64,000 nt of DNA from an uncultured Elusimicrobia bacterium (GTDB lineage Bacteria > Elusimicrobiota > Elusimicrobia > UBA1565 > UBA9628): contig CAZZGQ010000001.1 of assembly GCA_964653765.1 (NCBI GenBank), positions 5,456-69,455 of the forward strand, read 5' to 3'. How positions within the stretch are numbered: the stretch's first letter is position 1; the number at the start of each line of letters is the position of its first letter. Under the pieces are notes generated by a model. That model did no database searches. It saw only the letters and a program-made list of their open reading frames with translations, and was not told where the DNA came from. Shown here in pieces: positions 57,374 through 64,000 of the stretch. Both the position numbers and the translations under genes were made by a program.

Positions 57374-58144
57374 GTGGTCCCCATGACCCCCGTCGCAACC
57401 GCCGTCGCCGCACAGCCGCAAAGTCGTGAAGCCGTTCTCGCCCAAGAGGCTGCGTCGAAGCTCGCGGCCAGCCTGCCCCACAAGCCCGCCAGCGAGGTCG
57501 TGGAGGACTTGCTCGCCCGCCTCGCAAGAAGGCGCCGCCTGCGGGACGCCTCCGGCCTCAACCACTGGGAGTCCTACTGCCCCTCCTACCTGGAGAAGCT
57601 CGTCCGGCGCTTCCAGACCGGCGATCCGCTGCGCCAGATCATCCGGTTCATCGTGGTCAACCACGCCTCCGCGGTGGAGTTCGCGACGCGGATCACCTGC
57701 GACGCCGACCTGGCCGAGAGCGCCGTCAGCCGGACCTACATCGAGCTTCTGAAGGGCGGCACGACCATCACGCTGTTCTACCACGCACTCAAGATGAACG
57801 CGCGCAATCTGCTCGAGGCGCGCGCCAGGGAATTGAAGCGGTTCGAGCCCCTGGAAGGCCTGACCTCGGCGGCCACCCCGATGCCTGCGCCTGACGAGCC
57901 TGGGTCGGAGACGCCCGAGGCCGCCGACTTTTCCTCGCCGCGCCTGGAGGACCAGGACCCCATGGACATCCTGATCGCCCGCCAGGAGCAGCGCGAGCGG
58001 ATCGACGAGCTCGACTACGCGCTCCGTGCCGTGCGATGCCGCGGCAGCCGTTGGATTCGGCAGCAGAAATGGTGGCGCGAGTCCACGCTGTGCGCCCTGG
58101 AGAAGCGGCTGGCTGGTAGTGATTTCGCGGGGTCCGCGGAATAG
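57374..58144 (+). CDS. Hypothetical protein
   Basis: 256-aa ORF. No confident domain. Confidence 0.3.
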   Translation: MVPMTPVATAVAAQPQSREAVLAQEAASKLAASLPHKPASEVVEDLLARLARRRRLRDASGLNHWESYCPSYLEKLVRRFQTGDPLRQIIRFIVVNHASAVEFATRITCDADLAESAVSRTYIELLKGGTTITLFYHALKMNARNLLEARARELKRFEPLEGLTSAATPMPAPDEPGSETPEAADFSSPRLEDQDPMDILIARQEQRERIDELDYALRAVRCRGSRWIRQQKWWRESTLCALEKRLAGSDFAGSAE

Positions 58145-58220
58145 AAAGTGCCGGGGCACGGGAGCCGCGCGGACGAGACCGGCAGACCGGTCATAGAGGT
58201 GTAAGCCGCGGTTCCTAAAC

Positions 58221-59084
58221 GTGCCCGGGCGATTTGCGGGCGGCCTGGTGGCCAGTCAGGGAGAAACCGGGGAGCCGATTCCCCACCCGCCCGGCAACGT
58301 GGCGAAGGAGACGAGGATGAAAGGTTCGTGCGAAGCGAGAGAGGACGGCTGGCGGGTCCGGAATGGGAATCCGGGGAGCGCCGACCTGGTCTGGACGCGA
58401 TCGAGACTCGCCGTGCCGGTCCGGCGCAGCTCGCAGGCCCCGCATGAGCGCGAGGCGCGACGGCCGATCCTGACCTGCGGCCAGCTCCTGGCCCGCGAGC
58501 GTTCGGCCGGCCGCACCGTGCCGGCGCTGCTCGAGCCGGGCGAGTTCTTGAGGGTCGTGGAGGCGCTGTCGGGCCACGCCGCCGACCGGCGCGTCGCACA
58601 GTTCTACAGCTCTCCCGGGCTGCGGTTGCTGCCCCTCCCGATCTATCGCTTCCGGCACGCGGCGCATTATCTGCATCCCGAGCACACGCTGCGTCTCGCC
58701 GTCGTCCTGCGGCTGCGTCGCAAGTATTTCCTCCCTCTCCGCATGCTGCGAGATGTCCTGCAGACGCTCCATCCGGCGCATTACGGCTTCATCCTGCGGG
58801 ACGCCTTGAGCGCGGAGGACATCGTCAAGCTGGCCCGCTCGGCTAGGTCGGGACTTGAGCCGGAGGACCTGATTTTTCGCCGCGTCGCGCGGCTGCTCGC
58901 GGCCGCGGATGCCTTGGAAGGGTGGGCCGCGGACGCTCAGGCCCAGCCGGGTTTGGCCGGAGCCTTCGCGAAGTTCACGGCCTTGCTGGACACCGACATC
59001 GGACGCTCGAGCCTGCAATTCGCCCGCGCCAGGGCCGCGCGGATCGCGGCCTCGCCGCGGGTTCCGGAGCAGGTGGACGCGTAG
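58221..59084 (+). CDS. Hypothetical protein (possible MerR-like HTH segment; start uncertain)
   Basis: LTCGQLLARERSAGRTVPAL...LRMLRDVL. Weak. Confidence 0.25.
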   Translation: MPGRFAGGLVASQGETGEPIPHPPGNVAKETRMKGSCEAREDGWRVRNGNPGSADLVWTRSRLAVPVRRSSQAPHEREARRPILTCGQLLARERSAGRTVPALLEPGEFLRVVEALSGHAADRRVAQFYSSPGLRLLPLPIYRFRHAAHYLHPEHTLRLAVVLRLRRKYFLPLRMLRDVLQTLHPAHYGFILRDALSAEDIVKLARSARSGLEPEDLIFRRVARLLAAADALEGWAADAQAQPGLAGAFAKFTALLDTDIGRSSLQFARARAARIAASPRVPEQVDA

Positions 59085-59126
59085 AAATCCGGCGCGACAG
59101 CGCCAAGAAAAACGGAGGCAAGAAGA

Positions 59127-59407
59127 TGGCGAACGACACGATGACGATCGAGGATGAGGCCGCGGCTGGCCATGTGGACGAGGCCGAGCCCGGGCAGCCG
59201 AGCAGGCCGGAGGGCCGCGCGGCCAAGCTCGCGCGCTTCATCAAGCTACAGACCTACCAGCCGCTCAAGGAGGTCGTGACGCTCGATGAGATCAAGCTCA
59301 AGTTCATGAAGCAGGGCGTGGACGTCAGCCGCAGCCGGCTGATCTCCGAGGCCATCAAGCTGCTCTCTCAAGCTGTCTCGGAAGGCAAATTCGAGCTTAG
59401 GGGGTAG
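59127..59407 (+). CDS. Small acidic hypothetical protein
   Basis: ATG with RBS AACGGAGG upstream. 93 aa. Confidence 0.3.
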
Positions 59408-59643
59408 CTAGACATCGTTTCTGGCGTCGCTTCTGGCGTTGCAGAAACGAACCGGAAGACCCGAACCATGAATTCCATCGAGATTCGCTGCCGTTTTCGG
59501 TCCGCCTCTTTGGCGCCGGGGGCGCCAAAGCCTCCTGACCACACCCCCACAACGATAGTGAAAAGTAGGGTTTGGAGTGGTGGTGTGGTCAGGAGGATGG
59601 CGGACTGTAAGGCAGCGAAAGGGAAAGATCAAGGAGTCAGACA

Positions 59644-60522
59644 GTGATCAAGTTCAAGGTCAATCGGGATGGGAAGGAGTTGGAAGTAGAGGTTGGTGAG
59701 AGGACTTTCAACATTCTGAGAGTTCTAGAGAAGTGGGGTGTATTGGGACTAGCCCAGGTAAAAGGACTGCTGTTTGGGGAAGGACTGAGTGAAATCGAAA
59801 GGATGAGGTTCTTCTTCAACTGGAAGTTCAAGGAGGAGTATACCGGGGCCTGCTACAAGGCGATGAAGGTGCTGGAGGAGCTAGGGCTGATCGAGACGCA
59901 GCACTACGTGAACATGCCTTGGCTGTTCTACCTGACTAGGGAAGGGCAGGCGGTCTTGAGAAGGGCCGGCTTTCAGCAACTCGGGGAGATCCGGCGCCCG
60001 TTGTTGGACTCCCTGGTCAAGCACGAAGTGCTGGTGACGGGCATCGGGTTGACGCTGACGGAGCTTCTGCGGCTTGACGTTTCGACCGAGTTCGAGCGAC
60101 AGGTCCTGAGCCGCGGCGGCGAGCAGGACGCGCGCCGGGAACCATTTCCGCTTCCCGATCTGTGGGTCTCCGATCCGGGGCAGCCCAAGGCGATCGAGGT
60201 CGAGCGGACGCTCAAGTCGATGGCCCGCTACCGCAAGCTCTGGACGTTCTACCGAAACAATCTGCCCGGCTCGGCGGTCGTTCTTTACATCACGGCCTTC
60301 GCCAACGGGCCGCGGTTGCTGCTGGCACGCGCGCGCAAACTGATGGCGGATTTCGTCTACGTCTGCGCGCTCGAAGACTTTCAGGCCAGCTTCGGCCGGT
60401 GCGCGTTCGTGGGCTATCGCGGCGCGGAAATCCGGCTCGCGCCGCGCGCCGGCCATTCCCATGCGCATCCCCATCCTCTGGCTCCTTCCCCGTCCCTGGA
60501 AGGAGAAGGAAGGCTTCGATGA
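59644..60522 (+). CDS. Winged-helix protein, possibly replication-relaxation (Replic_Relax-like) family, ATGA-coupled to the T4 coupling protein gene
   Basis: Lower-GC gene. Location and coupling to a VirD4/TraD gene are typical of Replic_Relax. Sequence assignment is tentative. Confidence 0.35.
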   Translation: MIKFKVNRDGKELEVEVGERTFNILRVLEKWGVLGLAQVKGLLFGEGLSEIERMRFFFNWKFKEEYTGACYKAMKVLEELGLIETQHYVNMPWLFYLTREGQAVLRRAGFQQLGEIRRPLLDSLVKHEVLVTGIGLTLTELLRLDVSTEFERQVLSRGGEQDARREPFPLPDLWVSDPGQPKAIEVERTLKSMARYRKLWTFYRNNLPGSAVVLYITAFANGPRLLLARARKLMADFVYVCALEDFQASFGRCAFVGYRGAEIRLAPRAGHSHAHPHPLAPSPSLEGEGRLR

Positions 60523-62279
60523 GCCAAGGCTTCTTCCTTTTTATAGCCGGTTTGGCCGGCGCCGGCCTCGGCCTGATGGGCGCCGGCTACCGCAAGAGCG
60601 GAGCTGTCCTTTTCGCCAAGGCGACGTTCCTCCTTCTGGCGTTCCTTCCTTGGAAGACAGTTGACGCCTTGGCTCAGAGGAACAAGGGTTTCCGCCACTG
60701 GACGGCCCCGCGCATGTGCCAGATCAAGCGCGACTGGTACGCGGCCTCGGGGCTTTTCAGCCTGGGCCTCGGGCTCTGCATGGCCTTGCGCAAGCCCAAG
60801 CAGGGCCGAAAGTCAAGCTGGGACGAGCCCGCCGAGCAGCGCGGCCTCGACCGCGCCCTCGCCGATCACCTGGACTCGCCGGCCGGCTCGCGCGATACCT
60901 TCCTCGGCTTGGCCCAGGGCGGCCGGCGGGTCTGCCTGACTCCGGTCAGTCGCGAGCGGCACATGCAGATCGTGGGGCCGACGCGGTCAGGCAAGTCGCA
61001 GCTGCTGTTCGCTCTGACGGCTCAGGACATGCGCGGCGGAATGCCGGTCTTCTTCATGGAAGCCAAGGGCGACCATGGCGACTTCGATCAGTTCCTCTCC
61101 CTGGCCGAGCGCGCCGGCCGCAAGACGGACGTGCGCTACTTCAACCCGCAAGACCCGCGCTCGATGACCTTCAACCCGATCCGGCGCATGCCCGGGCAGG
61201 ACGTGACGGCCCTGGCCAACCAGCTCTCGCGCATCCTCGGCCGCGAGCCGGCCTCCAGCGGCGAGGCCCAGGAGTATTACAAGTCGGTCGACTACGCGAA
61301 GATCCAGAACATGGCCGAGGTCTTCTGGGACACCGGCCTGCAGTGCACGCTGCGCGACTGCTTCTACTACTTCAGCTACAGCGAGTGCCGCGATAAGGCT
61401 TTCAGTCTCTGCAAGGACTCGGCCTTGGTGGACATGGCCCGCCGCGAGTTCGAGGAGAACCCGAACACGACGGCGCTGACGTCGGCGATCCGTCCATACA
61501 CGACCGGGCCGCTAGGCGAGCTGCTCAACACCTACGCGCCGCAGATCAAGCTCGAGGATGTCTTCGCGCAGAAGCAGCTTGCCTACTTCGCCATCCCGGT
61601 CGGGCATCTTCCTGTTCTGGCAAACCCGCTGGGCCGCATGCTGATCTCGGGGCTTCTGTCGGTGGCGACTTGGCGGCAGCAGGAGCGGGTTAAGCCTGAC
61701 CCGGCCTCGGTCATCCTGGACGAGTTCGCCGAGTTCGCGACGCCCGCGTTCAAGTCGTTCATCGCCACTGTCGGCTCGGCGCGGTTCTGGACCGTGCTGT
61801 CCCACCAGGACCTCGGCCAGCTTAAGAACATCCAGGGCATGGACAAGGAGGCGTTCGACTCGGCCGTGTTCAACAACACGTCCGGCTGCAAGGTCTGCTT
61901 CCGCGCGCCCGACCCGGATGACGCCGAGTTCTGGTCCTCGACCCTTGGGACCTACCAGACTTTCGAGGACACGGAGCGGTTCCAGAAGACTCTGCTGGGC
62001 TCGCGCGGCACGGGCGAGATGTCCCGGCGCAAGGTGGAGCACTTCAAAGTCCACCCGAACACGCTCAAGAACCTGAGGCCCGGCTCGGCGCTCGTCTTCG
62101 CGCCTGGCCATGAGGATTCCCTGGTCCGGACCGCGAGGGTCTTCAAGCTCGTCGACGGCAAGGCTCCGCGGCTTTCGCCGGTCGTGGCCGAAGCCGAGCC
62201 GGGACTGGATCTTGCTTCTCATGTCCGACCGTCTCAGAGAAGACCCGCCGCGGTCAACGAGCAAGGGGTGCGCGCGTGA
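60519..62279 (+). CDS. Type IV coupling protein (VirD4/TraD/TraG family ATPase)
   Basis: Two N-terminal TM helices. Walker A VGPTRSGKSQ. Walker B-like VILDEFAEF. TraD/TrwB-like C-terminal region. Confidence 0.75.
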   Translation: MSQGFFLFIAGLAGAGLGLMGAGYRKSGAVLFAKATFLLLAFLPWKTVDALAQRNKGFRHWTAPRMCQIKRDWYAASGLFSLGLGLCMALRKPKQGRKSSWDEPAEQRGLDRALADHLDSPAGSRDTFLGLAQGGRRVCLTPVSRERHMQIVGPTRSGKSQLLFALTAQDMRGGMPVFFMEAKGDHGDFDQFLSLAERAGRKTDVRYFNPQDPRSMTFNPIRRMPGQDVTALANQLSRILGREPASSGEAQEYYKSVDYAKIQNMAEVFWDTGLQCTLRDCFYYFSYSECRDKAFSLCKDSALVDMARREFEENPNTTALTSAIRPYTTGPLGELLNTYAPQIKLEDVFAQKQLAYFAIPVGHLPVLANPLGRMLISGLLSVATWRQQERVKPDPASVILDEFAEFATPAFKSFIATVGSARFWTVLSHQDLGQLKNIQGMDKEAFDSAVFNNTSGCKVCFRAPDPDDAEFWSSTLGTYQTFEDTERFQKTLLGSRGTGEMSRRKVEHFKVHPNTLKNLRPGSALVFAPGHEDSLVRTARVFKLVDGKAPRLSPVVAEAEPGLDLASHVRPSQRRPAAVNEQGVRA

Positions 62280-64000
62280 GACTGGGCGCGGCCCTCGTCC
62301 TGCTGGCCATCGTCGCGCCTTCGCCCCTCTTGGCGGGCGGCTATATCCCGCAGGCCACCTTCAACCTCCCAGCCTCGACGCTGACGGGCATGGATTCCGA
62401 CGCCGTGGGCAACCTCTACCTGCTCGGCATGGCGCAAGGCACCACGACCTACCAGATCACCGGAGAGGCGACTCAGGCCATCACTCCGCAGTTCTCCTTC
62501 GATACGGGCCTCTCCTCGCCGTCCGCGTTCGCAGTGGAGCCGTCGGGAGTCATCGACGTGCTCGACTCCAAGAACGGCTTCTCGCTCATGCGCTACACCA
62601 ACCCTGGGACGTTCGTGAGTTCGACTTCCTACCTCATCGGCTACGGCACGCCGAACATGGTCGCCACCGCCATCGACAAGGTCAACCAGCGCGTCTACAT
62701 AGCCTACCAATACACCTATCACCCGTTTTACCTCCAGTGCATCGGCTGCGCCTCCGGTCCGTCAACCGTCACCAAGACGACCGTCGATCAGTTCGATTTC
62801 AAAGGCAACCTGCTCCTCTATTACTCGATGCCCGGGTCCGACGCGACGGCGGGCAACTGCTACACGCCTACGGCAGCGACGGTCGATCCGCAAGGCAACC
62901 TCTATATCGCCGACGGCCTGTGCCAGAAGGTCTTGAAGTTCTCGCCAAGCGGCAGCCTGACGAGCTCCACGCCGGCCTCCAGCTGGAGCTATAGCTTCAA
63001 CCCGCGCGGGATGTGGACTGACCCCGCCTCCAATCTTTACATCAGCCAGCCGGTCTGCGGCCCGAGCGGATGCCCGCCCAGCATCGTCAAGCTCAACTCG
63101 GGCATGTCCTTCGTCACGAGCTTCGCCGCCGATTCGGCGGCCGGCGGCGCCTGGGACAGCCGCATCCTCTATCTCAGCAGCGCCGGCTCCCAACCGCTGC
63201 GGCGGTTCGTGTACGACAGCGCGCCGTCGGTCCCGGCCGAATCCGGCCCGTTCGGCATGGTCGTGCAACATTCCTCCGCGGCCGCGCTTTCCTGGCAGGC
63301 ATCGAGCGACCCGGATGGCGACCCGGTGACCTACACGGCATATTTGGGCACCAACCCGACCCAACTTTCCCCGGCCGGTTCGACGACGCAGGCGGCGTTC
63401 ACCACGCAGCCGCTGACTTTCGGCGTCACCTACTATTGGCAGATCGTCGCGCAGGACTCCTACCTCGGCCTGCCGCTCCAGCAGACGCCGGCCCCGGTCG
63501 AGAGCTTCAACCTTAACCTGGTCAATCATCCGCCGGGAGCTTTCAGCGTCATCAACGCGACGGGAACGGCCGCGACCCGAGCCACGTCGGTTAATCTCGC
63601 CTGGCAGGAGTCCATCGACCCGGATGGCGATTCCGTGGTCTACAACATTCTTTGGGGCTCTGCGCCACAGACGATGGCGCTTCAAGGCACGACGGCCGAG
63701 ACGAACTGGCAGATATCCGGCTTGGCGTTCGGCACTACCTATTACTGGTCCGTCTTCGCCCGCGATGTCTACAACGCCGCGACCGCGGTCACGGGAAGCA
63801 CGCAGACCTATTCCCAGGTCTTCTTGGACTCGCCGCCGCCCGCACCGTCGGTCCTCTCGGGAAGCGGCGCACTGGGCGAGCATACGATGGCGCCTTCGGC
63901 GACCTTGGCCTGGAGCGCGGTCTCGAATCCGCAGGGCGATCCCATCGCCTACCGCCTCTTTGCCGGCCCCGCGGCAAACGATCTAACGCTCGTTCAGGAC
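62276..64000 (+). CDS. Secreted surface protein with NHL-like beta-propeller repeats and tandem Fn3-like domains (partial, continues beyond window)
   Basis: GTG start. Signal peptide. Repeated LAWQ.S.DPDGD.V.Y....G...TYYW Fn3-like modules. The ORF has no stop to the window end and is therefore absent from the track. Confidence 0.5.
   Translation, partial: MRLGAALVLLAIVAPSPLLAGGYIPQATFNLPASTLTGMDSDAVGNLYLLGMAQGTTTYQITGEATQAITPQFSFDTGLSSPSAFAVEPSGVIDVLDSKNGFSLMRYTNPGTFVSSTSYLIGYGTPNMVATAIDKVNQRVYIAYQYTYHPFYLQCIGCASGPSTVTKTTVDQFDFKGNLLLYYSMPGSDATAGNCYTPTAATVDPQGNLYIADGLCQKVLKFSPSGSLTSSTPASSWSYSFNPRGMWTDPASNLYISQPVCGPSGCPPSIVKLNSGMSFVTSFAADSAAGGAWDSRILYLSSAGSQPLRRFVYDSAPSVPAESGPFGMVVQHSSAAALSWQASSDPDGDPVTYTAYLGTNPTQLSPAGSTTQAAFTTQPLTFGVTYYWQIVAQDSYLGLPLQQTPAPVESFNLNLVNHPPGAFSVINATGTAATRATSVNLAWQESIDPDGDSVVYNILWGSAPQTMALQGTTAETNWQISGLAFGTTYYWSVFARDVYNAATAVTGSTQTYSQVFLDSPPPAPSVLSGSGALGEHTMAPSATLAWSAVSNPQGDPIAYRLFAGPAANDLTLVQD

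Noticed and set aside
56430-57527. 365-aa minus-strand ORF
   Set aside because: Low-complexity, Arg/Pro/Gly-rich. Overlaps more plausible plus-strand ORFs. No RBS or domains.
62762-63883. 373-aa minus-strand ORF
   Set aside because: Antisense of the Fn3/NHL surface-protein frame, which has a signal peptide and repeated domain structure.
1-64000. tRNA, rRNA and CRISPR search
   Set aside because: No T-loop (GGTTCGAATCC-like) contexts with acceptor-stem pairing, no rRNA-like conserved stretches and no short regularly spaced direct repeats were seen. The only repeats are the long structured elements reported above.

Overview
High-GC (~68-70%) bacterial chromosomal window dominated by metal-resistance and mobile DNA. 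Contents, in order: (1) a minus-strand operon arsR / MtrA-like corrinoid protein / periplasmic thioredoxin-like protein / CcdA (1-2180); (2) a PadR-regulated czcCBA-type HME-RND efflux module with TSUP and GDT1-like membrane proteins, flanked by two paralogous two-HTH regulators (2219-10786); (3) a frameshifted, 5'-truncated aquaglyceroporin pseudogene; (4) a second RND permease that reads in frame into a TolC-like outer-membrane-factor domain, with no adaptor gene nearby (12110-16654); (5) an ECF sigma/anti-sigma pair, an orphan ABC permease and a YyaL thioredoxin-domain protein followed by a bufferin-type RiPP cluster: DUF2282 precursor, DUF692/MNIO oxidase, DUF2063 partner (22579-24514); (6) a housekeeping block (MTAP, GT2, DUF2029-like, PiT phosphate transporter); (7) an atypical mer island (29100-36351): merA (no NmerA) and merF-like gene divergent from merR-merTP(fusion)-Cys-rich BFD-like gene, then a DsrE-like protein, a Trx-MerC fusion, a small thioredoxin and a P1B ATPase with YHS/TRASH N-terminus, with three MerR-type 19-bp-spacer promoters sharing a CTATACC..GGTATAG dyad; (8) a probable mobile-element segment (36350-43950) containing three copies plus one fragment of a ~500-bp structured element. 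Each full copy ends in the start of a gene with a conserved N-terminal peptide: a small protein followed by RadC, a small protein followed by a ParB-like protein, and an ECF sigma factor. This segment also has two copies of a ~75-bp hairpin repeat; (9) a divergent AHCY-like gene beside a sigma54 activator, a small ORF and a short RpoN-like sigma54 paralog, next to SDR, PQ-loop and HD-domain genes; (10) DMT, GNAT, small radical-SAM, LivK-like SBP and hybrid histidine-kinase genes; (11) hypothetical genes and a conjugative remnant (winged-helix/Replic_Relax-like protein plus VirD4/TraD coupling protein), and a partial Fn3/NHL surface protein running off the window. No tRNA, rRNA or CRISPR array was found. 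Many long ORFs in the track are GC-rich antisense artefacts and were rejected.
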